From assembly GCA_024233495.1 (NCBI GenBank), contig JACKPM010000003.1, positions 231,331 to 295,330 of the forward strand: DNA of 64,000 nt. The letters run 5' to 3'. A model generated the notes under the pieces. The model had not been told where the DNA came from. It searched no databases and worked only from the letters and a program-made list of their open reading frames with translations. Position numbers and translations under genes: made by a program. The stretch comes from Chlamydiales bacterium. GTDB lineage: Bacteria; Chlamydiota; Chlamydiia; Chlamydiales; JAAKFR01. Shown here one piece after another: positions 43,809 through 53,033 of this stretch (positions are counted from its first letter, which is position 1; every line of letters begins with the position of its first letter).

Positions 43809-46767
43809 AGTTCGTCCTTAGCTTTTGTTTTGCTTTCTCTCCCCATTCGCCTCCCATGCGCGCCACTGATTCGAGTTGGCGGTAGGCGAGTTCTGGGCGT
43901 TCTTGCAGCTCGTAGAGATCGGCGCGCAGCAGCATCGCTTTCAAGCGCAGAGGAGAGGCGATATCAGCATTGATCGCTTTTGAGAGGAGGCGCATCGCTT
44001 GATCATACTCCTTTTGTCCCCGGTAGCAAGCGCTTTTATTGATGAGCAAATCGAGCGTTTGTTCTGAAGAGAGGTAGTGTTGTCCACACTCTTCGGCTAT
44101 CTCGAAGCAGGCAAGAGCAGTTGTGAAATCTTCGCACTCCATCGCGAGCTTTGCTGTTTCACACCATGTCAGCGAAGGGTAAAGACCCTCTGTTACCCCA
44201 AGCGCGTCGAAATGCTCCAAGAGCTTTTCAAAACACTCTTGGGCACGCCCTTTTTGTCCCAATGAGAGAAGGCTTTCTCCATAAGCAAATTGCGCCCTTT
44301 CAAAAAGTGTATTTTTTTCTGGGAGTTTGGAAACAAGTGGGTGGTGAGGAGAGGCAAACTCTTCGAGCATGATTTCAAGCACTGTTTTTCCCCTTGGGAT
44401 GTCATGCTTCATATGCAAAAGGGCAAGGTCAAGGCGCGCTTGGTAAAGAAAGGAGATAGCTGTAGGATCGAATGTTGAGCAGCTGTGAAAAGAGCGGATT
44501 GCCTCTTTGAAACGCCAAACGCCCTTTTCATATGAGTGGGCATGTACTCCCATCAAGTAGTGCACAGCAACAACAAGGGGGGACTTCGGAAACATTTGCG
44601 GGAAGGGCATGAGATGAGAGAGCGCCTCTTCCTTTCCTTCAAGGTAATCGGCATAGGCATACTGATGAAAGTAAGCTTCCGCAGCAAATTGCGACGACGG
44701 GTAGCGCTCATACACTTGCCGTCTTAACCGAAAGATGCGGGATTTTTCTCCTCCCAGTTTCTCTGAAGCAAGCGCAGCCCAATACCACCCATCTCCCGCG
44801 AAGGAGGAGTCGGGGTAGTTTTGGGCCAGTATAAGAAACGTTTTTTCTGCCTCGCCGTAGCGCTCCTCTTGAAACTCGAGCGAGGCAAGCCAAAAAAGGG
44901 CATCTGCTGCATAGCGTCCATCAGGAAAAAGAGTGGTTACTTGGGTAAGGCAATCGCGCGCGAGCGCATTGTCATTCAAACTTGAAGCAATGATGCCGCG
45001 CAAATAAAGTGCCTCCTCTTTCTCCTCGCTCTCCTCACTATATTGTTCTAATAGCTCTTCAAGGTAGGCGAGAGAAGTGGAGGGGGAATTGCGGTAGAAG
45101 TCGGCTTTTGCTTCGAGTTTGAGGATGCGCGCTGCCGCTTTTGGGTCGACATCTTTATAGTGGAAAAAGGCTTGTTCGAATGCAGCCGTAGCAAGCTCAA
45201 AAGCGCTCTCACCAGAGCCTGTATCTTGCAACCCTTGTTGAAAGTGGTTTACTCCTCTTTGGTACCACGCCTTCGCATAGGTAGCGCATCTAGCATAGTG
45301 ATCTGCGCACGCCTCTTCATAGAGCGCTTCTCGCTCCAGATATTTTGCAGCCACCTCCGCGCGTAACAAGAGCGCCTCGTGCTCGGCACCTAAAGAAAAT
45401 GTCTTTCCAGAAAAAAGATCTGCAAGCCGCTCTTGCACGTTGTCTTTTCCCTGCGCGATGTACAGACGGCCAAGAGCAAGAGTCGCGCTCTCCTCCTCGC
45501 TTGTAGGGAGAAGGCGTAAAAAGAGCCCCTCTGCCTTCGCAAAGTTCTCCAGCTTAAGGTGGCTCCACCCCAACTTATAGAGCGCTTGTAAGCGCCACGC
45601 CCCTCGGCCACGCACAGGAACAGCTTGCTCATAGTGCTGCGCCGCCCCTTGATAGTTTTCCAAAGCGTATGCAGCCTCTCCAATCAAATAGTGGAGCTCG
45701 CATCGCAGGCTGTCGGTTTGGGGTAGACGATTCAAAAGTGGAGAGAGAAGCTGTTGCACATCGCTATACCGCTCCTCATCAATAAGAATACGCGCCAAAT
45801 AGGTAGCAGCAACAATAGTGGGCTTTGGCTTTTTCCCCTTAGGAGTTTGCAACTTTTCAAAGTAGGGGCGCGCCTTTTGTATGTTACCAAGGCGGTAGTA
45901 GTGATACCCAATCTCAAAGAGTGCCTGGTCGTAATGCTCCCCTCCGCTTTCAGCATAGTTTTCAAAGCAGGCAAGCGCCTGTTCAAACTCCTTTTTCTCC
46001 TTATAACAAAGCGCCATCAAGTAGAGCATCTCTTGGTCGAGCTCATTTTGGGGATCTAAATTAGAGGAGACAAAAGAGAGGCTGCGCGCATACTCTTTCA
46101 ATGCGTAATTTGCCTGCACAAGGAGGTAACGTAACTTTTTCTCCAGCATTGTGTTGTAGCGCGCCTTTGGGTAGTGTCCCAACTCAATAGAGCGCAGAAC
46201 CTCTTCATAGATTTGAATTGCCTCTTCATGAAAGCCAGTTGCAGTAAGCCTCTTAGCCTTTCTCAGCATGTCGTCATAGTTGGCATCTAAAGAGTAGCTA
46301 AGCGCATGGTAAAAAGAGAGCTCTTCAGGGGACCAGTCGTGTTCAGGAACAGACTCGATGATTGTCTGCATGTCAAGGAATGCTTTTTCTGGTTCACTCT
46401 TTTGTGACGTAAGGCGCGCGCGAAAAAGCGTGATACGCGGCACAAACGTTTGAGGTGGATTTTTCAAAAGCAAGTCAGAGAGCGCTTTCACCCCTTCATC
46501 GCATTGGTCGAGCGAAGCACACGCTTCGGCAAAGCGGAGCACGATGTCGATATAAGTTTGCCAGTCGACAACGTTTTTCTTCCCTTCAGAAACACGCACA
46601 CGTTTGATCAAAGTGGTATACGCCTCTTTCGCAGAAACGAAATCTTGATCGCGCATGGCAGCCTCTGCCATTTGCTGCAGCGCTTTTATTTCTTTCTCAT
46701 CATCTTCCCAAAAAAAAGAAGAGCAGAGAAACAGAACGCTAATAAAACTAATGTGATACCAACGCAT
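43795..46767 (-). CDS. Large TPR-repeat protein with signal peptide
   Basis: 990 aa with the N-terminal MRWYHISFISVLFLCSSFF. There are many TPR-like helical pairs, for example YLMALCYKEKKEFEQALACFENY, FEIGYHYYRLGNIQKARPYFEKL and LFWLASLEFQEERYGEAEKTFLIL. The 3' end overlaps the TolQ-like gene by 14 nt. Confidence 0.8.
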   Translation of the reverse strand: MRWYHISFISVLFLCSSFFWEDDEKEIKALQQMAEAAMRDQDFVSAKEAYTTLIKRVRVSEGKKNVVDWQTYIDIVLRFAEACASLDQCDEGVKALSDLLLKNPPQTFVPRITLFRARLTSQKSEPEKAFLDMQTIIESVPEHDWSPEELSFYHALSYSLDANYDDMLRKAKRLTATGFHEEAIQIYEEVLRSIELGHYPKARYNTMLEKKLRYLLVQANYALKEYARSLSFVSSNLDPQNELDQEMLYLMALCYKEKKEFEQALACFENYAESGGEHYDQALFEIGYHYYRLGNIQKARPYFEKLQTPKGKKPKPTIVAATYLARILIDEERYSDVQQLLSPLLNRLPQTDSLRCELHYLIGEAAYALENYQGAAQHYEQAVPVRGRGAWRLQALYKLGWSHLKLENFAKAEGLFLRLLPTSEEESATLALGRLYIAQGKDNVQERLADLFSGKTFSLGAEHEALLLRAEVAAKYLEREALYEEACADHYARCATYAKAWYQRGVNHFQQGLQDTGSGESAFELATAAFEQAFFHYKDVDPKAAARILKLEAKADFYRNSPSTSLAYLEELLEQYSEESEEKEEALYLRGIIASSLNDNALARDCLTQVTTLFPDGRYAADALFWLASLEFQEERYGEAEKTFLILAQNYPDSSFAGDGWYWAALASEKLGGEKSRIFRLRRQVYERYPSSQFAAEAYFHQYAYADYLEGKEEALSHLMPFPQMFPKSPLVVAVHYLMGVHAHSYEKGVWRFKEAIRSFHSCSTFDPTAISFLYQARLDLALLHMKHDIPRGKTVLEIMLEEFASPHHPLVSKLPEKNTLFERAQFAYGESLLSLGQKGRAQECFEKLLEHFDALGVTEGLYPSLTWCETAKLAMECEDFTTALACFEIAEECGQHYLSSEQTLDLLINKSACYRGQKEYDQAMRLLSKAINADIASPLRLKAMLLRADLYELQERPELAYRQLESVARMGGEWGEKAKQKLRTNYGLD

Positions 46768-46888
46768 AACAACACCATACTGCAGTATGTGAAATCAGAA
46801 ATCTAGAAAAATTTGTTGCCAAATTATCTCTTGAGAGATTACGTAAATGAAAAGTAATACATCATTTTATGGAGGAGGTTAAATCCAT

Positions 46889-47341
46889 ATGGGATTAAAA
46901 GAAACTTGCAAAGAACTGGAACATCTTTTGACAGAAGTGTTGAAGGATCTTCCAAAGGGTGCTGAGGGAAATAAGGCTGCAGCACAAAGAGTACGCACAA
47001 ATACAATCAAGCTCGAGAAAGTTGCGAAGCGTTTCCGCAAGGAGTCGGTTAAAGCTGGAAAGGGGTTGAAGCGTGCGGCGAAAAAGCGTGTAGGCGCAAA
47101 AAGAAAGCCAGCAGCTAAGAAGTCAGCAGTTAAAAAGAGCGTAGCGGCAAAGATGCCAGCAGCTAAGAAGCGCAAAGTGGCAAAGAAAAAGCCAGCGGCT
47201 AAAAAGAGCGTGGCAACGAAGCGCAAAGCAGTGGCTAAGAAGCCAGCAGCGAAGAAGCGTGTGGCTGCAAAGAGAAAGGCTCCAACAACAAAGAAGAGAG
47301 CCACCACAGCAAAGCGTCGCACTGTCCGTCGCAAGAAGTAA
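46889..47341 (+). CDS. hctA: Histone H1-like nucleoid protein Hc1
   Basis: SD ggaggagg 8 nt upstream. The N-terminal block KGAEGNKAAAQRVRTNTIKLEKVAKRFRKESVKA matches the conserved chlamydial Hc1 core (GNKAAAQRVR...IKLEK....RKES.KA), followed by a Lys/Ala-rich tail. Confidence 0.9.
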   Translation: MGLKETCKELEHLLTEVLKDLPKGAEGNKAAAQRVRTNTIKLEKVAKRFRKESVKAGKGLKRAAKKRVGAKRKPAAKKSAVKKSVAAKMPAAKKRKVAKKKPAAKKSVATKRKAVAKKPAAKKRVAAKRKAPTTKKRATTAKRRTVRRKK

Positions 47342-47498
47342 GGTAATGAGCAAGCCTCCTTACTGGGGGTTTGCTCTTCAGCTTTCGGCAGTTATTCAAC
47401 TGCTTTTATCTTGTTATAGATTAGAGAGATAGGAAGAATTATCGATGCTAAATTGTAGCGCCAAAGTTCTTTGGTCTTCATTTTTTCTCTAGATAGCC

Positions 47499-47520
47499 TT
47501 TTCAACCGATTTGACTATAT
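47499..47520. repeat. Solo terminal-repeat fragment of the MITE
   Basis: ttttcaaccgatttgactatat is a right-end TIR with no partner nearby. Confidence 0.65.
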
Positions 47521-47610
47521 CCTTACCCGCATAATCTCTCACTCGGCGTGTTACCCACACAGCCCGCGCTCGAGATCATGAAAGTTCTTTCGGTCTCTCT
47601 CTCATCTTGA

Positions 47611-48300
47611 GCGTGAAGTGGCAAAGAGGATTTGGCCCAGCAAGTGGAGAGCTTCACCACTGAGAAGGCCTAGCACGAGCAGGAGATGGAGACAAAAATA
47701 AGGGAGCTGCAACAGTTGCAAGCGAATCTCGATGAAATGGTTGCAAAGTTAAAGGGGGGTGAGGCACTCTTTGAGCAGTATAAGCTTAAGACAGCCGCCT
47801 TATTCTAACATTTGGAAGAGGCAAAGGCAGGGCGTGAAGGAGCAGCGGCCTGCCTAGATCAAGAAAGCACGATTAGCGGCAAGCTAGGCGATGTGTAAAG
47901 CTGTATGCAGGCTTAATCACTGGTCTTGAGGAAGAGAAGGCAGGGGTTTTAAGAGAGTTTGCATCGTTTTTCCAAGCGATCAAGGTATAGGTCAAATCGG
48001 TTGAAAATTTTACAAATTCATACCATTTGGCTTCACCAAAAGGTGCGCTCTCACGTTCTCATAGACCATAAATGGTCTAAGTCGACCTCCGCGCTTACTT
48101 TGGCTTTGCCATCTGGCACGAATTTGTAAAATTTTCAACCGATTTGACTATATAGAGGCTCAATTCACTGAAATGAAAGAAGAAGTAGATAAAATTAGAC
48201 GATCCGCTGATGGATTTTGCGAAGGGGCAGCTGATGTGATTGCTGCAGCTCGCAATCTGGAGGATTTTGCTGACATTTTGAAAAGAGATTCGACTACATG
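47611..48300 (+). pseudogene. Decayed coiled-coil protein gene, interrupted by stops, a frameshift and MITE copy 3
   Basis: One frame reads SGKEDLAQQVESFTTEKA*HEQEMETKIRELQQLQANLDEMVAKLKGGEALFEQYKLKTAALF*HLEEAKAGREGAAACLDQESTISGKLGDV*. A shifted frame then reads ITGLEEEKAGVLREFASFFQAIK. The MITE follows, then EAQFTEMKEEVDKIRRSADGFCEGAADVIAAARNLEDFADILKRDSTT*, ending at 48300. Confidence 0.5.
47986..48152. mobile_element. MITE-like element, copy 3 (inside the pseudogene)
   Basis: Same TIRs and interior as copy 2, with one extra G in the left end (tataggtcaaatcgg). Flanked by TA/TA. Confidence 0.8.
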
Positions 48301-49404
48301 ACATTTTGTGAGGATTTGATTGAGGCGAGGTGCCGCCACTTTGGCACATGCGGTGGGTGTAAGATGCAAAACGTGCCGTACGATCAGCAAATCGAGCGGA
48401 AAGAGGAGATGGTGCGTGCACTTTTCCCCGACCACACTGTGCACTCCATTATTGGATGTGATGATGCGTGGGAGTGGCGTAACAAAATGGAGTACACCTT
48501 CTCTCAGACAAAAGCGGGTGAGCGCTACCTTGGCTTGATGATGCGGGGCAAAAGGCGCGTGGTGCAGCTAGAGGAGTGTCACCTCACACCAAGCTGGTTT
48601 GTAGAGACTTTGCAAGCGGTCTATGCGTGGTGGGAGGAGAGCGGTCTCGATGCCTATTTTCCTCCAGCTGATTTGGGGTGTTTGCGCACACTCACGCTCC
48701 GTGATGGGGCACAGCAGATGGCCGTGCTCACCATTTCAGGTTTTCTCGAGCACGACCAAAAGCAGAGTTTGGTCGAGACGCTCTCACATTTAGACTCTGT
48801 GATTTTGCGCAGGCAGGTGATTCAAAAAAAGGTGCCTACCCGCTTTGAGGAGGAGGTTCTGTGGGGAACCCCCTACATTTTAGCAGAACTGGATAAGTTT
48901 TTGTTCCGCATTCGTCCTGACACATTTTTTCAGCCCAACACAGCGCAAGCAGAGGTGCTTTACGGCCTCATCCGGGATGAGGTGGAGGGAGAGGTCCTGC
49001 TAGATCTCTACTGTGGCAGCGGCTCGATTGGCATCTTCTGCGCCTCAAAGGTGAAGCGGGTAATAGGAGTAGAGGTAGTGCCAGGGGCTGAGGAGAATAT
49101 AAAGCTTAACGGCATCTCGAATATGGAGGTGCAGATTGGGACAGTGGAGAGCTTGGCAGAGAGTCTGCCCCACGCCGATACAGTGGTAGTGGACCCACCC
49201 AGAGCTGGACTGGGGCCAAAAGTGGTGAAATGGCTCAATGAGCAGAAATTCAAAAAAGTAATATATGTTTCGTGTAATCCGAAGAGCCAAGCCAAGGATA
49301 TCGCTTCTCTCGAGTACTCTGTGGAGTCTTTGCAGCCGGTGGACCAGTTCCCCCACACCCCCCATGTGGAAAATATTGCTTTGCTGACCCCCCTTATGAT
49401 ATAA
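48298..49404 (+). CDS. 23S rRNA (uracil-C5)-methyltransferase, RumA/RumB (TrmA) family
   Basis: 368 aa. It has the Fe-S cysteine cluster CRHFGTCGGCKMQ, FFQPNTAQAEVLY, the SAM motif DLYCGSGSIG, VVDPPRAGL, and the catalytic IYVSCNP. There is no N-terminal TRAM domain, so it is RumB-like. Confidence 0.85.
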   Translation: MTFCEDLIEARCRHFGTCGGCKMQNVPYDQQIERKEEMVRALFPDHTVHSIIGCDDAWEWRNKMEYTFSQTKAGERYLGLMMRGKRRVVQLEECHLTPSWFVETLQAVYAWWEESGLDAYFPPADLGCLRTLTLRDGAQQMAVLTISGFLEHDQKQSLVETLSHLDSVILRRQVIQKKVPTRFEEEVLWGTPYILAELDKFLFRIRPDTFFQPNTAQAEVLYGLIRDEVEGEVLLDLYCGSGSIGIFCASKVKRVIGVEVVPGAEENIKLNGISNMEVQIGTVESLAESLPHADTVVVDPPRAGLGPKVVKWLNEQKFKKVIYVSCNPKSQAKDIASLEYSVESLQPVDQFPHTPHVENIALLTPLMI

Positions 49405-49431
49405 TAGGACATCAACCCAAGGGGATTAGCT

Positions 49432-49827
49432 ATGAAAAACCTTTTGTCAAAAATTTTCTTTCTTCCCGTCGCCCTTTTTGCGGCAAGCCCGCTGATGGCA
49501 GCTGACGTGGATCAAATGGCCAACCGCGGCTCAATGTGGCAGACACTCATGATGGTGGGTATCGCTGTATTGTTCTTCTATTTCATTCTCTGGCGTCCTG
49601 AGCGTAAAAGACGCAAGCAGATGGAGCATCAGCGCTCTTCGATGAAGAAGGGTGACCGCGTGACAGCAATGGGAATCATCGGTGTAGTAGACCGTGTAAA
49701 AGAAAAGACTGTTGTTGTAAAGATGGTCGATGGTGCTAAAGTTGAATTCCTAATGGCGGCAATCTCTGAAGTACATCCGAAAGCGGATGGTGACGAAGAG
49801 GTAATTGAAGCGAAAGTTTCAGCTTAA
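49432..49827 (+). CDS. yajC: Preprotein translocase subunit YajC
   Basis: 131 aa. It reads MMVGIAVLFFYFILWRPERKRRK...LKKGDRVTAMGIIGVV..V....VVVKM, the typical YajC core, preceded by a signal-like segment. Confidence 0.85.
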   Translation: MKNLLSKIFFLPVALFAASPLMAADVDQMANRGSMWQTLMMVGIAVLFFYFILWRPERKRRKQMEHQRSSMKKGDRVTAMGIIGVVDRVKEKTVVVKMVDGAKVEFLMAAISEVHPKADGDEEVIEAKVSA

Positions 49828-49844
49828 GGGAAGGACCCCTTTAG

Positions 49845-49877
49845 AAAAAAGGCGCTCATTTTGAGCGCCTTTTTTTT
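49845..49877. terminator. Bidirectional rho-independent terminator (yajC / htpG)
   Basis: aaaaaa-GGCGCTC-atttt-GAGCGCC-tttttttt. A 7-bp GC-rich stem is flanked by an A-run and a T-run between two convergent genes. Confidence 0.8.
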
Positions 49878-51660
49878 ATTCTTTGATTTTTTCAGCTAGT
49901 TTTTCAAGAATTTCTGTGTTGCGGGTAATGAACGCTGAGAGTGCTTCGGGCTCCATTTCCCGTTGAGAGAGCTTAGCGAGGTCGAGCACGTTGTGCGCCA
50001 TTTCATCGGCAAGCTCGGGATCAGTGGCGCTTAGTTTGAAGATCGCATTGATTAGCTTACTGTTCGTATTCACCACAAGTGTTGGCTTGACGAGTCCAGC
50101 AAGCCCTTTCTGTCTTTGAAAAGCAAGAGAGTCGCGCAGTCTACGCTCCTCCTCTTTGATCATGAGAAAGGCAGGAAGTGACTCAGATGCTAAACTCTTT
50201 GCTTCCACTTCCGCTTCCACATGTTTACGGAAAAAGTCAGCAATTTTTGCGCTCTCAGGGCGGCCATCCGCATCGAGAATGCTCTTCTCTTTTGAGGGAT
50301 CTAAAATTGCATCGTCGAGATGGGCATCGATGCGCTTGAATTTTGCTTTTGTCTGCCTCTCCAGAAAGTGGAGCATCGCTTGGTCGATTGGGGTGGATTG
50401 TGCGAAAATCACCTCTTGATCTTTGAAGAGGTCAAGAACGTGCGACTTTTGCTCAGGAGAGTAATAAATGGTCTCTCGATCGTTACGCTCAAGGTATTCG
50501 TCAACTGTTGTCCACTCTTCTTTGTTATTTTTCCACACGAGAAACTCTTTGATACGCTCGTAGAATTTCTCATCTTGAATAGCTCCAAACTTAATGATGA
50601 GCTCAATGTCAGGCCAACACACTAAAAACTTCTCTTTCTCACTGCGGTAAAGAGCGCTGAGGCGGTCAGAGATCTTTTTCGAGATGTGTGCGCCTAGCTG
50701 TTTCACAGTGCGGTCCACCTGCAAGTAGCTGCGGCTCACATTAAGCGGAATATCAGGGCTGTCAATGGCGCCACGCAAAATCATTAAATAGTCGGGGAGA
50801 AGATCTTTGCAATTGTCCGATACAAAGACGCGGTTGCAGTAAAGCTGAATCGTCTCCTTCCTCAAATCATTTTCTGCATTGATCTTTGGAAAATAGAGAA
50901 TCCCTTTTAGGTGAAAAGGGTAATCAACATTGAGATGCACCCAAAAAAGAGGGTCTGGCTCCATGGGAAAGAGGTGGCGATAGAAATCAAGATACTCTTT
51001 CTCTGTACACTCGCTTGCAGGTTTCATCCAAAGAGGCTCAGTCTCATTGATTGCTTTATCATTGAGATAGATAGGGTAGGGGAGGAATGAACAGTAGCGC
51101 GTTAAAATAGCGCGAATGCGCGCTTCTTCGAGATACTCTTCCTCTTCTTGCATAAGGTTGAGGGTGATCTTTGTCCCCCGCTCCTTTTTTCCACTCTCTT
51201 CAAGCTCATAGGTAGCGGCACCATCGCTCTTCCACAAAGCTGCAGGTGCATCGGTGTACGACTTGGTGTCAACTTCAACGGTTTCAGCTACCATATACGA
51301 GGAGTAAAAGCCGAGGCCAAAGTGGCCAATCACCTGGTCTTCTTCCTTGTTCGTTTGATATTTTTTGATGAACTCTTCAGCTCCTGAAAAGGCGATCTGC
51401 GCGATGTACTTCTCCACCTCATCAGCCGTCATGCCAATGCCGTTGTCAGAAAAGGTGAGCGTGCGCTTTTCCTTGTCGATCTTGATGTCGATGCGGAAGT
51501 TGCTCTCATCGGTGATTTTGTGCAGCTTTGTGCAGGCGTCGCACGCATTCGAAACGAGCTCGCGGACAAAGATATCTTTGTCCGAATAGAGCCACTTTTT
51601 AATGATGGGAAGAATATTTTCTGTGTGAATCTTGAGTTTGCCTTTCATGGCAACCATCAT
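49876..51660 (-). CDS. htpG: Molecular chaperone HtpG (Hsp90)
   Basis: Start taken at ATG 51660, which has SD agagga 7 nt upstream; the track's 51723 adds 21 unlikely residues. Motifs present: ELVSNACDA, FSDNGIGMT and IGHFGLGFYS. Confidence 0.92.
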   Translation of the reverse strand: MMVAMKGKLKIHTENILPIIKKWLYSDKDIFVRELVSNACDACTKLHKITDESNFRIDIKIDKEKRTLTFSDNGIGMTADEVEKYIAQIAFSGAEEFIKKYQTNKEEDQVIGHFGLGFYSSYMVAETVEVDTKSYTDAPAALWKSDGAATYELEESGKKERGTKITLNLMQEEEEYLEEARIRAILTRYCSFLPYPIYLNDKAINETEPLWMKPASECTEKEYLDFYRHLFPMEPDPLFWVHLNVDYPFHLKGILYFPKINAENDLRKETIQLYCNRVFVSDNCKDLLPDYLMILRGAIDSPDIPLNVSRSYLQVDRTVKQLGAHISKKISDRLSALYRSEKEKFLVCWPDIELIIKFGAIQDEKFYERIKEFLVWKNNKEEWTTVDEYLERNDRETIYYSPEQKSHVLDLFKDQEVIFAQSTPIDQAMLHFLERQTKAKFKRIDAHLDDAILDPSKEKSILDADGRPESAKIADFFRKHVEAEVEAKSLASESLPAFLMIKEEERRLRDSLAFQRQKGLAGLVKPTLVVNTNSKLINAIFKLSATDPELADEMAHNVLDLAKLSQREMEPEALSAFITRNTEILEKLAEKIKE

Positions 51661-51725
51661 AAAGATTTCCTCTTTCCTAATCAATACTTGAATGAGAGAA
51701 GCGATTTGTGTACCCTTTGGCAAGG

Positions 51726-53033
51726 ATGCTTGTTTTAGGACAATTTCTCGAAGGGTTGACGGTCACTGCAGTGGCCATTGTAGCGTTTGTGGTAATCGGC
51801 TTGATTCTCACTTCGCTTATCTTGTTCACCAAGAAAAAGTTGGTGCGCACTGCGCCGTGCAAAATTGTGATCAACGATAGTGATGACCTCACTAAAACTG
51901 TGGCGGGAGGGCAGACTTTGCTTGCTGCTTTGTCGAACGAAGGAATTCCCGTCCCTTCACCGTGTGGGGGTAAGGCAACATGTAAACAGTGCCGCCTTCA
52001 AATTTTGGAAGGAGCGGGAGATGCGCTCGAGACCGACAAGGGAACGTTCAACAAAAAAGAGCTCAATGAGGGATGGAGGCTGTCGTGCCAGTTTAAAGTG
52101 AAGCACGATTTGAAGGTGCACGTTGAAGAGCGGTATCTCAGTGTGAAAGAGTGGAAGGCAAAGGTGCTGAGCAATGATAACGTCGCTACATTCATTAAAG
52201 AGTTAGTAGTAGAGCTTCCGGAAGGGGAAGAGGTGCCGTACCGCTCTGGGGGCTACCTCCAGTTTCATGTCCCCCCCTTCAAAACAAATACTGAAGAGTG
52301 GAAGCAGACCATGGATCCCAAGTATTACGCAGATTGGGAGCGCTTTGGTCTTTTCGGGCGTACAGTTGACTTCTCTCACCTCTCCGAAGGTGAAGTGATC
52401 CGTGCCTATTCGATGGCTTCTTATCCTGCTGAAGGAAGAAAGCTCAAGTTCAATATCCGCATCGCAACACCTCCTTTCATTAAAGGGGAAATGGTAGAAA
52501 AAATTCCTTGGGGGATTTGTTCTACCTATACCTTTGGCCTGAAGCCAGGCGATGAGGTAACGCTCTCCGGTCCCTATGGGGAATCATTTATGATCAATGA
52601 TCAACGGCCACTTGTTTTCCTCATTGGAGGAGCAGGAAGTTCATTTGGGCGGAGTCACGTGCTCCACCTATTTAACACGGAGAAGACAAATCGACAGGTT
52701 GACTTTTGGTATGGTGCTCGCTCAATCAAGGAGAACATCTATCAAGAGGAGTACGAGGAGCTCGATCGGAAGCATGACAACTTCCGCTACCACCTAGTCC
52801 TTTCTGAGCCTCTTCCTGAAGATCTTGAAGCGGGTTGGCCAAAAGATGATCCCATTAAAACTAACTTCCTTTTCCGCGCCTTTGAGCAAGGGCAGCTGAA
52901 CAAAATGGAGGAGCCAGAGGAGGCTCTCTACTATGTGTGCGGTCCGCCGCTGCACAACAGCTCTGTTTTAAAGCTGCTCGACGACTACGGCGTTCCCCGC
53001 GAAAGCATCGTCTTGGACGACTTCGGTAGCTAA
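51726..53033 (+). CDS. nqrF: Na+-translocating NADH:quinone oxidoreductase subunit F
   Basis: Start is ATG 51726 (the track uses GTG 51708). It has an N-terminal TM, the 2Fe-2S motif CGGKATCKQCRL, the FAD motif RAYSMASYP, and the NAD motif FLIGGAGSSFGRSH. Confidence 0.92.
   Translation: MLVLGQFLEGLTVTAVAIVAFVVIGLILTSLILFTKKKLVRTAPCKIVINDSDDLTKTVAGGQTLLAALSNEGIPVPSPCGGKATCKQCRLQILEGAGDALETDKGTFNKKELNEGWRLSCQFKVKHDLKVHVEERYLSVKEWKAKVLSNDNVATFIKELVVELPEGEEVPYRSGGYLQFHVPPFKTNTEEWKQTMDPKYYADWERFGLFGRTVDFSHLSEGEVIRAYSMASYPAEGRKLKFNIRIATPPFIKGEMVEKIPWGICSTYTFGLKPGDEVTLSGPYGESFMINDQRPLVFLIGGAGSSFGRSHVLHLFNTEKTNRQVDFWYGARSIKENIYQEEYEELDRKHDNFRYHLVLSEPLPEDLEAGWPKDDPIKTNFLFRAFEQGQLNKMEEPEEALYYVCGPPLHNSSVLKLLDDYGVPRESIVLDDFGS

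Noticed and set aside
46879-47334. 151-aa ORF antisense to hctA.
   Set aside because: It is a low-complexity mirror of the Lys/Ala-rich Hc1 tail and reads as Phe/Ala/Arg-rich. The sense strand has an SD, an ATG and the conserved Hc1 N-terminal block.
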